Shown here one piece after another: positions 25,201-36,700 of a DNA stretch of 64,000 nucleotides. The notes below the pieces were generated by a model. The model had not been told where the DNA came from and made no database searches. It saw nothing but the letters and a program-made list of their open reading frames with translations. The first letter of the stretch is position 1. Every line of letters begins with the position of its first letter. The DNA lies in assembly GCA_964188305.1 (NCBI GenBank), contig OZ076892.1. One strand, written 5' to 3'. The stretch is from Podarcis bocagei (taxonomy: Eukaryota). The translations under genes and the position numbers were made by a program.

Positions 25201-26265
25201 GCACTGGTGGATTAGAGGCTAGCTGGGGGGGGGGGGACCAAGCAGGATGGGGAGGGGCTTGCAAGGGATTTCTGAAAGAGAAGAGGGAAGGCTTTGAGTC
25301 TGGAGCAGATGAACAGCATGACTGCCGCCTTCCAGTATCTGGAGGGCTGCCCTACAGAAGATGAAGTGGACATAAGCTGTACACATTTAAAGCACATGGC
25401 TTCCTCCAAAGAATCCTAGGAACTGCAGTTTGTCAAGGGTGCTGGGAATTGTAGCTCTGTGAGGGGCAAACTACATTTGCCCAAATCCTTTGGGGGAAGT
25501 CATGTGCTTTAATGGTATGGTTTGCAAGAATTAAGCATTTTCTTTTCACATTTTCCTAATAATAAGGGTGGTCTACCACAGGCATAGGCAAACTTGGCCC
25601 TCCAGATGTTTTTGGTCTACAACTCCCATGATCCCTAGCTAGCAGGACCAGTGGTCAGGGATGATGGGAACTGTAGTCCCAAAACATCTGGAGGGCCGAG
25701 TTTGCCTGTGCCTGGTCTAGCATAACAGCTGTGTCCCATTTCAGTTTGCTGTATCTGGAAGTACCCTAGTGAGTTTAAAGTTTCCTCAAGTTACTTGGCC
25801 AGTGGGGCTCTCAGGATCTTATACAACACTGCTTTGCCATGTGGTGCTTTGATCCCCTTTGCCCAAATGCTGATGGAATTATTTGTTTACAGGTAACCCC
25901 CCAATACACTCTGATCCTGCAGGCTACAGACTGCTTAGGAGAAGGTCTTAGCACTACAGCAACAGCAGTGATCCAAGTAAGGACTGGGAACTCACAAATA
26001 CTCCCGGGTAACCATGTGACTGCTCCTATATCTTCATTTTTGCTCTTGCTGAGGCATGACAGTATTGCCTATTCTCCCACAAAATGCTTGCTGCATTTTA
26101 CTCCAGTGAGAAGTCCCAAGAACTTCAAATGCATATTTTACAGATTAGGCTGAGTAGAGGTGGAGATGGAACCCTCCCCCCTTGCCCTGAAATGAATTGG
26201 GCCCCTTTCTCATGTTTTCAGGGGGCACCCGGTTGAGCCTGCCCTCATGGCACCAAAAGGGTTAA
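22201..26265 (+). CDS. Truncated E-cadherin-like paralogue: signal peptide + furin site + EC1-EC2 only (predicted secreted); 3' end uncertain
   Basis: In-frame GT-AG exons: 22201-22251 ([17 protein letters not shown]), 23359-23505 ([25 protein letters not shown]|[24 protein letters not shown]), 23701-23844 (…[22 protein letters not shown]), 24350-24494 ([31 protein letters not shown]…), 24903-25078 (…[13 protein letters not shown]…GLDRT), 25893-25976 or 26007 ([28 protein letters not shown]…), candidate terminal exon 26222-26265. Exon sizes and phases (51, 147, 144, 145, 176) match classical cadherin exons 1 and 4-7. No stops or frameshifts. Confidence 0.85.
25579..25714. mobile_element. Palindromic hAT MITE (136 bp), in an intron of the cadherin-like gene
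   Basis: CAGGCATAGGCAAACT…AGTTTGCCTGTGCCTG; TSD GTCTACCA/GTCTAGCA. Confidence 0.85.
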
Positions 26266-27413
26266 GACTTTCTGCTGAGTCATGACAGGCAGGCAGCCTG
26301 CCAGTGGAAGGCAAGAAGGAAGTGGAGTCAGAAGGGGCTGCATCAGAAATGCCCCAGAATGGATGAGAGAAACCAACTACCACAGAGGGACGGAGGAGGG
26401 AGACCCCAGGTGGTGAGAGATCCTAGGACGGTGGGTGGGCTCAGCCCAAGAGAAGGGAAAGCCTTCCTGCTTTGGTGTTTCATTGGGAAACTTGGCAAGG
26501 GGGTGGGAATGTATATTTCTGGCAGCTCAAGAAAAACAAGAAGCTTGAATGCCACACTCTTGATTGTCTTGGGGAGTTTCCTGGCATGGGCCAGAAAGTA
26601 AAGGAACTCTGTGGCCAGGGATCAAATGTTTAAGAAGGCAGTGAAATAATACATGGGGCAGGAAGGAGAGGGGCCACTGTTCAGTCCCACCTTCTGGGTG
26701 GAGAGGGGTCATAACTCAGTGTTCTTAGGTTCATCCCCAACATCTCCAGATAGGGCTAGGAAGGACCTCTGTTTGAAACCCAGGAGTACTGCTCTGCCAT
26801 GCTTAAGAGCAGAGGAATGCACTTGTCAGGCAGGGCTTCTCTCAAGAGGCTGGTGTTGTAAGGCACCTGCCCAGGCCCATCCTGACGCAGCCAGTGGGGA
26901 CCACTGCTGACCTTCACTGCCCCTGAACCTCCTCTGCACCTTCATTACTTGCTCACCTGCCCTCTCTGTACAAACAGTGGCAGGCACTATGTCAAGCTGC
27001 AGGGCTACAATTTGGGCAAATGAATGGGCAATGTGGACAGCAGCAAGCAAGCAGGGTCTGCCGAGGGCATCTTGTCTTTAACCCCCCCCTCACCCAGGAG
27101 CCAGCAGAGTTTGTATTTGAACACACAGCTGGTGGATGGGTGAGAAGTGGGTGGGGTGGGGTCCTCCCTCTCTCCCCACAACCACAACACCCCACAGAAA
27201 GCTCCCGTGCACACAGCACCTGGGAGAAAAAGCAAACATTTAAAAACAGGAAAAACTGCTGAGGGCAGCAAGAAAGAGCTTGGAAAATAAGGGCCTGCTG
27301 CTGAGGGTGGCAAGGACATCTTCCTTTGGGAATCGATGGACCTAGGAAACTGGGAGGGGGAGGAGCTCATACAGAGGCTTTTGCTCCACCCGGCTCTCCG
27401 TTCTGAATCCCAG

Positions 27414-28331
27414 GTGGCTAGTTCCGATGAGGTCCACCAAGCTTTCCTGACTGTCCACGCACTGAACGTGCTCACCGGCCTCCCTGCCCAAGGCCTGGCC
27501 ATGCACTTCTCTAAGCTGGAGGACCCCCAACGTCCGTGGGCAGAGCTCATGAGGAGGTAGGAGGGGATGAAGCAAGACAATCTCCCTCCCTCGGTAGGGC
27601 TGGGGCCGTTGCAGTTTCAGCCTCATTTATTCCGTTCCAGCAAGACAAACCCTGATGGGCGCTTGGACAGAAACAGCCCGATGCCCAGGGAGCTGAAACC
27701 TGGCACCTATAAGCTGCGCTTTGAGACGAGGGAGTACTGGGAGCAACAAGGATACCGCAGCTTCTACCCTTATGTGGAAGTAAGTTTGGTTCCCAGATGA
27801 AACTCACACCTGGAAGGGGGGGAAGGCTCCTTCCAACATAGGGAGGACTGATGATGGCAGGGACCACCACTCACTGCCCTTTGAGGGATGTAATTCCTGG
27901 CAGGAGAAGCACAACGTTGGAAAATGGGAGAAATCAGCATAAACTTCACATTATGAAGGCTGCACGCTGTGAAGTCCCTCAGAAACCTGCAGGAAGAGGC
28001 CCAGGTGGTTGGTAGGAGAGCTAGATGTTGTGCATGGGACATCCCTGAAAGAGCACAAAGCCAGAAGTGTGCGAGGACTGGGCACTAGGGGTGCTCCGGA
28101 CCAGGCATTTGGGCCCCTGACAAATGTCTTCTCATGGGCTAGGCCCAGTGCAGCGAAGAAAGGATCTCAAACCAAAGAGCACTACCAACCTCCTGCTATT
28201 CCCCCCTCCCTTGTCTTTACGCATCCTCTTGTCTCTCTGTTTAGATTGTCTTCACCATCACAGAGGAAGAAAAAGTGCACATCCCCTTGCTGCTCAGCCC
28301 CTATTCCTACACCACCTACAGGGGAAGCTAG
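27414..28331 (+). CDS. URAH: 5-hydroxyisourate hydrolase (transthyretin-like protein); three core exons, first coding exon unresolved
   Basis: Exons 27414-27556 (VASSDEVHQAFLTVHALNVLTGLPAQG…), 27641-27779 (KTNPDGRL…GTYKLRFETREYW…SFYPYVE), 28245-28331 (IVFTITEEEKVHIPLLLSPYSYTTYRGS*). Catalytic His, Arg and His plus the C-terminal YRGS signature are present. Adjacent to GAS8, as in mammals. Confidence 0.93.
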
Positions 28332-28952
28332 TGGGAGACCGGCCAGCAGGAGGGGCTGCTTCAGCAAACCGGGGTGCCTGTTCTGAGAGAGATGATGCAG
28401 TCCAGCGGATGGAGAGCTGTGGTTGCATCCACGGCCACCTCTGGCCCGAGCCTCAGGCTGGGGGCTTGGCCATGAGCAGCTGCCTGGTAGTAAATGTGAG
28501 ATTAATCTAAAGACTGATACTTGTAAGCCTCTTGTTTTAAATTGGAGATGCCATGAATTGGGTCTGGGTCCTTGACACACATGTGCTCTACTGATTAGGT
28601 AGGGCTCCCTCAGTTGCTGGGGAACATGAGTGGGGAGAGGGCTGCTGCACTCATGTCCTGATTGTGGGCTTCCCAGAGGCATCTGCTTGGCCACTGTGGG
28701 GAACAGGATGCTGGACTAGGTAGTCCTTTAGCCTGGATCCAGGAGCCAGGCTCTTCAGAGGTGCTTGAGTGGACGCAACATTGGTGTGGAGGACTTTGGA
28801 GGCTCTAGATAAGGTGGGATTAAGGAGTTCAGGGGGTCATTAATCAAGAGGAGGATGCTTTTCAAGTCCCCAAGCTCTGCCTTGATGTGGGTGGGAAAGA
28901 AAAAGGGAGGCTTTGCAGAGACTGAAGACTGAATAGCCCACCACAGGGCCTC

Positions 28953-28958
28953 TTTAAT
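28953..28958 (-). terminator. Candidate GAS8 polyadenylation signal
   Basis: TTTAAT on plus (ATTAAA on minus), about 155 nt past the GAS8 stop. Confidence 0.4.
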
Positions 28959-29111
28959 ACAAATGAGGGCTGGAGCAGACACAATCTCATTCCAGGGGGC
29001 TGCTCTCTCCCTCCCTCCCTCTCCTCTACGGCCACAGCAGGAGCGGGACAGTGGCTTGCTTGCACACAAGGCTTAGGCTGAAGGCATTCCAAAGTATGAT
29101 GTCAGGCTGTG

Positions 29112-32100
29112 CTACGTGGGGGTTGAGACAAACCCAGCAGGGCCCTGGCCCAGCGTGTGGCCGATCACGGAGGTTTCCAGGGGCTTGAAGCCCAAATTGT
29201 CCAAAGGGATCCCAAAGGCTGTGAGCTTGGCCTCGTACGTCCGCAACAAGTCATTGTGGGCCTGCAATGGGAGGCAATTGCAGGTTGAGGAGAGGGATCA
29301 AACATCACATGCCATAACACAGCCACCTAAGGCAACTTCTCTTGTCTATGCTCTGGTAATGCACCCATGGCAGTGGCGGCTGCATCCGTATTTCTCCAAA
29401 AGGATGCAAGAGAGCAGAAAAAGGCCAACTAAAATGGTAGCAGGCTAGACCATCTCAAGGAACAAATGCTTAGAACAGTGTTTCCCAAACGTTTTTGGGC
29501 AACGGCACACCTGCTTACCGGAAAAAAATCTCGCGGCACACCACCATTAAAGCCCCGCCCCGTGACGTCAGCGCGCAGCGTCACGCCGGGAGGGACGCAC
29601 AAAAGTGAACGTTTTTTCCCTCCCCCTTGCCGGGGTGGGAGGAGGCAGCAGAGCGAGGGCAGCTGAGGCGGCGGCGGCAGCTGAGGCGGCGGCGGCTGCG
29701 ATAGCGGGCGGAGGAGGAGCCGTCGCCGGGAGTTGCTGCTGCTGCTGTTGCTGCTGCTGCCCGGACATGCCGGCCTCCTCCTCCTCCGCTGTCTCGCGCT
29801 CCTCCCTTTTGCGCGCGCTGCCCCGCCGCTCGGCACGACCACCGCGGAGCCGCCCCGGCTCGACGCGGATCCTCGCCGCCGCCGCCTCTCGCCGCCGCCT
29901 CTCGCCCGCCTCCCTCCCACGGCACACCAGCCGGTGTCTCACGGCACACTAGTGTGCCGCGGAACACCGGTTGGGAAACACTGGCTTAGAACAAACTTGT
30001 TAATTTAGAAAAATGGGGCTGAAGGTGAATACAATGCAACTTGGTAGGTCAGATGAAGCGATGGCTAGTACAACATTTGTCAAACCCATCAGCCGTTCAC
30101 TGAGATGGGTAGGCAGTGGGCATTAGAAAAGACAGGGGAAGTACTTATTCACATTTCTTGGCATTAACCTATGGAACTCACTGCCACAGGATAGTGAATT
30201 CCTGCTAGCATAAATGGCTTTCAAACAAGGCATAAGTAAAAGCCAACTGCTAGGGAAAATATATTTCCTTCCTGGGTTGTGTCTAAAGAGACCTGCTCTC
30301 TACATTTTGCCCCAACAGACATTCAAGTACAATTATAGGGTTCTCCTCAGCTGGAGCTCTTACCTTGCACACTCTGGCTAGCTCGTACTGCAGATCCTTG
30401 ATGGCATTGTTTTTCGAATCCAGCACATCCTGTGAAAGAAGGTTGTTTGGGCGTTAACACATCAGGCAAGTGAACTGGCCCACAAGGGGACTAGTCAAGG
30501 CCCAGCCAGAGCTTTTGGCCTTTCTTAATGGGCCATGACAGGCCTATGCAAAGTTAGGTGCCCTTCTGCAGCACAGTCTCGTGCTTGGCTCTTTCCTTTC
30601 TGCAAATTCTGCATGCTGAAAGTCCTAATCTGTCTGTTGTTGGCTTCCATGATTTCATTAGGCAGTGCCAATGTATTTCCAAGCCTCTCTACGGCCATGA
30701 GGTTTAGAAACCTGCTATTACAAAATCAGGTAAAACCCGAGATTCTCATGGGTGCTGAATTTTGTATACAGTACTGCATCCCACACTTGGCATAGCAATC
30801 ACAGTGGAGCACTCCATCTACAAACAGGAGCTAATGCGCCTCTTGCCTCCTTGCACAATTTCCTCTTTGTGACTCAAATTAAGGCTCATCTGCGTTGCCC
30901 GCCAGTAATGGGAGATGAGAGCTGTGGGCTGGCATTTCTGCCACCAAGCCATTTTTTGCCCTATTTGGCACAGGAACTGGTGCTACAATACCCAGGGAAT
31001 CCCCTGTGGATGTGCCTGCTGCGCAAGCAGCAGCTGAAGGTAGGAATGTGGGAGGCCTGGTGGAAGGAGCAGCTGCCTCTGGGAAGAATCTCCAGTTACT
31101 GGCGCCAGCCGTGCTTGGAATGTGGAAGCCGCTAACTAAACCCCCTTCCCAGGCAGGCCAAGTCACGGGCGATAACTCTTGTTTCCATCCCATCAGGCAT
31201 TTCAGAGACTGGACAGGACAGGAAGCCTGAAGAGTGAGGAGGCCACAGAGGTCCCTATGGTGGAGAGCCTCCCTTGACTCTTGGGGCTGGAAACACAGAG
31301 GGGAGGGGCCCTGGCAGCATGATGGGCAGCCTCTGCTCCCCAGAAACAACTTGGTGTGCCAGGGGAATGCTTTGAAAGTGCAGATAGCCTTGCTGTGTAC
31401 CAAGGCGCTGTTAGAGAGAACCCAACCTTAGCAAAGAAAGCGGGCAGCTAGGAAATCAGCAACCAGGGAAACCCCATGGAGTGGAACGAGTTGAGAGAAA
31501 GCTGTGTGGCAAGCGATCCCCAAGCCACGCTTGTGTGGCTAGAAGGTTCTGACAGTCACAAGTGGCCGCAGGGAGAGAAGGAGGGAGGCAAGGAACTGAG
31601 AAGGCAGCCAGGAGCTCATTCTCTCTCTCCCTTTCCATCTCCGTTGGAGACTGAGCAGCAGAGCAGGAAACACCGCCCTGGCAACGAGGGCACATTGCCG
31701 CTTCAGTTCTCACAGTTCTCATGCTGCAAAGGGGCACGTGTGCTCTGTGTACTGAACGGATTCTGGGACCAGAATAAATGGCACATAGGTTCAGCAGATT
31801 TGCATGCAGAATCTCTTCCAACTCCACCAGCCAGAGGGAAAAGAAACTGAAGTCTCTGACCACTGGAACGTCCCCTTTCAGTCTGGCTCCTGCACATTTC
31901 CCCTGGCACAGCACCCTCATGCCAAGTGTATTCTCACAGCCAGAAGCACAACAGACACTTGCTGACTGCTTGTGCATTCTATGTCCCAAGAAAGCACCAA
32001 AGAGGCTCAGGTCAGATAGGAAGGGAACGCATTCCCCAGTAGAGCAATTCACCCCACCACTGGTTCAGTCACTGCTGCGAGGGTCCCTTTTGCCCACAGT

Positions 32101-33763
32101 ACTGCCCATGTGACTGACTTCTATAGCTGCTGCTGGAAACAAACACCTCCTAGCAACTTCTAGCCAACCTGAGGCAACTGGAGGCCAGTTGTGTGCGTGT
32201 GCATTCAGAACCTGCTTGGCAAATGGAAATGTTGGTACAGTGGTACCTTGGGTTATGAACTTAATTTGTTCCAGAGGTCCGTTCTTAACCCAAAACCATT
32301 CTTAACCTGAGGCGCGCTTTCGCTAATGTGGCCTCCTGCTGCTGGTGTGCGATTTCCGTTCTCATCCTGGGGCAAAGTTCTCAACCCGAGGTACTACTTC
32401 CAGGTTAGCGGAGTTTGTAACCCAAAGCGTTTGTAACCCAAAGCGTTTGTAACCTGAGGTACTACTGTACATGCTCTGATTGTTTGGAGGGCTGAGGCAA
32501 AGGCTTTTCATGCTGGTGGGCCTCTTGTGCACAACTAAGGGCAGCTCCTCTGAAATACTGCGCAGGCCACATTCATTAATTGCCCCTGAATGAGGGGGAG
32601 TGCTCAGAGAAAAACTAACTTCCCCTTGTCAGGTTGGGCAGAGTCTCTTATTATAGGATGGCTCCCTGCACTTGCCCACACCTTGAGCCCCTGGCAGCCC
32701 CCTTTTAGCCAGTGCACCTTTCTCCTGTGCATTGCAAGGTTTTACCTAGATCTTGCCTAATCCATCTTGGTAATATGAAACCCAGGGACAAACCCCATCT
32801 GAAACAGCAGCAAGAAGGAATCTGACCAATTGTTCTCATCTGGCTTGGGAGCTGTTTGTTTAACTGAAGGGTATTAGAAAAATATCTATAAACTATCTCT
32901 ATAATCCCCATGGTGATTAGAAGCACAGTACCTCCAGCTTGCGGGTGACCACACTGAGAGCACCGGGATCAAGGTTGGTGGCAGCCAGGACCTCGTTGAG
33001 CTGCACCTCCTTCTTCTCCAGGATGTTGGAGAGGCCGAGAAGCTTCCGCTCCAGCAACAAGTTCTTAAAGCCAGTTTTCTGCTGCACCTCATTAATGGCT
33101 TTGGTAAATTTCTGGTACAGGTCATCTCGCTCGTCCTGCACCTGTGCAGACAACCATCAACCCCAGAGTCAAAGAAAGCACTGCTCTGAGCCTTGGCACA
33201 GACTGGGTGCTCCATGAAGCCCCTAAACCAGGTATTCTGTCTGTTAATAAGGCGCTTTGGGTTTTGGTGTGTTTTGCTTGTCCACTGTGAGCACACGGGA
33301 AAGGCCTGGAGATTAGTGGTGGAGCACATGCTTGGCATACAGAATGTCCAAAGTTGCATCCCACACATCTCCAGGGAGGGCTTGGAAAGGTGAAGCCTTG
33401 AGAGCCACTGCCAGTCAGTGCATAGACAAGATGGAGCTGCATGGACCAAGGGTCTGGCTGTGTATTTAGGCAACTGTCTATAGTCCTAACATTCATGCGT
33501 AAAAGTCTTCTTCCAAAAATAAAAAGCCAGCTACCCAATGACAACAGTTGCCCACCCCCTCTGTCACAAACCAACACAGATTAAAATATGTTGCAATGAT
33601 TCCAAAAGTTGCGACTTTAGTGAGTCACAGAGGGAGGAGCAATGCAGAGCTCTGAGGCAGCCCCTCAGGCTATTAGGGAAGGCAGTGGGAGCTGGAAGAC
33701 AGGGCTGGTGGTGATTAGGTTTTTATCAGTTAAAACCATCCTCTTGCATTGTGCTATATGTGC

Positions 33764-33796
<33 letters not shown>

Positions 33797-36700
33797 CGTG
33801 TGCATGTCATGCAAATGCCCACCCACTGCCTTGCTGTGCTCCCATATGCTGACCTTTATCAGGAAGAGTCATGCCCCTGTTTTCAACCCCCGGCCTTGCA
33901 GCAGTCATAGAGGGCAGCTCCACAGAAGCCCCTAGCACGCTTGCTTGCCTCCTCCTCAGGAGCCAGAGAACTGAGGAATCTGCAGCAACCTCTTTCCCCC
34001 ATTTCAGGGATAGAAACAGACCACCCAGCAAGGCATGGCAGACTGGGCCATGGGCTTTAAGCAGCCTCAGGAGAGCAAGAGAATGATGCCTTTGGGGACA
34101 GAAAGGCCTCCTTTCTCTCCCAATGCACTTTGCAAGGATCTGTGGGGGGAGGAGGGATGGGAGGCAGCCTGACCCAATTCTTGTTAGTAAGAGACCCCCT
34201 CATTAAGATAGGACCACTGCAGCCAGTTTTCAAAGGCAGCTAATGAGGTCTCAGATCAATGCTGAATGGCACGCAAACCTGTCCCCATGTCTTAATGAGT
34301 TATACTGAAGAGAGCCTCTCCCTTCCACCCCCCCCCCGAGGAAAGAAGATTCCACCTAAATATTAGGAAGAACTTCCTGACAGTAAGAGCTGTTCGACAG
34401 TGGAATTTGCTGCCAAGGAGTGTGGTGGAGTCTCCTTCTTTGGAGGTCTTTAAGCAGAGGCTTGACAACCATATGTCAGGAGTGCTCTGATGGTGTTTCC
34501 TGCTTGGCAGGGGGTTGGACTCGATGGCCCTTGTGGTCTCTTCCAACTCTATGATTCTATGATTCTATGATGCAAGCTGCCCCTCTCCAGTATCATAGTC
34601 CCCACTTCTTTAAGTCATACTGATGACCAGACCAGCCCAGCAGTAGACATGCTGCTGTTCAGACAAACACAAAGTCCAGCTGCTCAAGCAATCCAAAAGA
34701 ACCGCAAAAATTTACACAGCTAATTTGGAGATGACAGGGAATGCCTATTGCAGGCAGTTTTGGCTCAGACTTGTCCATCTGCTCTAAAGGTCTCATCAAG
34801 AAACAACCAGGACCACAGAATTCTCAAGGCCCAATGGGTGGTGGGTGGGTGGCTATATAGACCTCTCTACCGGATATCTACAGAAAATGGGCCCATCTTT
34901 TTCATCTTGTCCCACAGCCCATCCATCAAATCCAACCCTCTCCCAACTCTAAGTTAAGCCACAGCACAGCAGTGATTCTTGATCCCTACCCTGATGAACC
35001 TTTGCTGCAGCACCTCATGTTCCCACTGGAGATCCTTTAATTCCTTCTCGGTGACTTTCAAACGGGCATGTGTGTGCTGGAAAGGGAAGAGAAGGAGGTT
35101 AAAGCAGCCGCACAGAGTTCCTAGGGCACAGAAGGGACTGATGGGTTTTGACCTCCAAACCAGACAGTGCAAAGGAGAAACTGTAAGAATGGGAAAGTAC
35201 TATGTTCCTCTATCTGCTCCACAGGGACTGGGCATCATTCAAGTTTCTCATCCTGGAAATATCAGCTCAGGGGTCTCTTGCCCCCAACTTCCAGCATGTT
35301 TCATGATCCTTATGGCCCCCTGCCTTCCTCTTCACATAATAACTCAATTGCTCTGCAGTTGTATTTTGAATGCAGTTGAGTCTACTTTTGATTATGGCAA
35401 AACTGTTGTGCATTCAGACACACCAACAACTTTGGTGGAGTGTGCAGCATCAGAAGGGAACAAAACCTAAAAAGACATCTTTGGTTGTGAGTACGTGGCT
35501 GCATGTAAAATCACGAAACTCTCATCTTGAAATACTGATAAAAATAAAAAGCAAAGTGCTGGACAACAACTAGAATGGAAGGCACAGTAACATTTGTCTA
35601 GACTCTAAATGACCCCTGTTAGCACTGAAGGACATCACAGAAAGGGTGGGGCCTAACTCTGGAAATAAAGGGCACATGAGAATAGAGACAATGCAAACTG
35701 CTATCAAAAGTGGAAATAAAAATCTGTGGCATGAAAGTGGGCTGGTGCAGAAATAGCCTAGTGCTGTTCACACCAAACTAGCAGAGAGTCAGTCATACTA
35801 AGTAACCCAGAGTTCATTGGCCAGGACACTCAGGAAGCAAAGGTGAATGCAGAGCCCTGGGACTCACATGCAACATGGCTTTGTCCTTTTCATAGTGCGC
35901 CAGTTTCTTCTGCAGCTCTGCCACCTCTTCACGGGCTCGTTGCAGTGGCTCCACCAGCTTTTTGTTCTGCAGCAGCACTTCAGCCATCTCCTTCTCCAGA
36001 TGATCCTCCTTCTTCTTCATCTCCTCCATCTGCTCCTGTACTCCAAGACACACACAGAGAAAGGAGGCTGTGTGTGCCTCAGGTCCTCAAAAACAGGCAG
36101 CAAGCCCCATCCCACCAGTCCTGACCACCTGTCTGGAACATGCTTCCTCAAACCTCCCATGGGACCCACCACCACCAAGGCAAAGAGAAACAACAGCTCT
36201 GAATCACCTGAGGATAACCAAGGATGCACCCTGACTCATTTGACTGGCCCACTGAAGTGAATGGAACAAATTTCCAAACAAACAAGGTCGCGGTTGACAT
36301 ATAAAATATAGAAACAGACTTTCCCCCCAAACCAGAATGGTTCGTTTCCCCAAATGGGAAACACATGACCTTCAACTACAACAGGGGTTGGTCCATAGTG
36401 AGATGCACAAGAGAGGAGCTCCAGGACTCAAGGTATCCACAATGGCAAAGCAAACAAATGCAACATGTAGTGGCTCTAAAGCAATGGCAGTACAGAAATC
36501 AGCCAAAGCAGAACAAAAAACAAAACATAGAAAGCCCAATGAACACCATCCACTTAGACCTTCCACTACCTGAATCTGGCAACAGGCTGATTTGGGGATG
36601 GTGTCGTGTGGTGCATGTCTTTTACCTTGAGGGTGTTGATAAGTGCCAGGTTATTAAGAGTGACATCGTTGTAGTAGTTCTTGATGTCGCTGAAAGCCTT

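Noticed and set aside
26230-26256. RLSLPSWHQ as the URAH PTS2 signal
   Set aside because: Position 9 is Gln rather than Leu/Ala/Phe, and the frame stops at 26263-26265.
22201-26265. Processed or decayed cadherin pseudogene, or assembly duplicate of the left-hand gene
   Set aside because: Introns are present, all splice sites and frames are intact, the sequence is strongly diverged from the CDH3 copy, and motif loss is selective. Expression is still unproven.
27414-28331. Transthyretin (TTR) assignment
   Set aside because: C-terminal YRGS, the catalytic His/Arg/His and GAS8 adjacency identify HIU hydrolase.
29429-30008. polyQ/polyA ORFs as an independent host gene
   Set aside because: The repeat-rich core lies inside a TIR/TSD-bounded transposon; reported as cargo instead.
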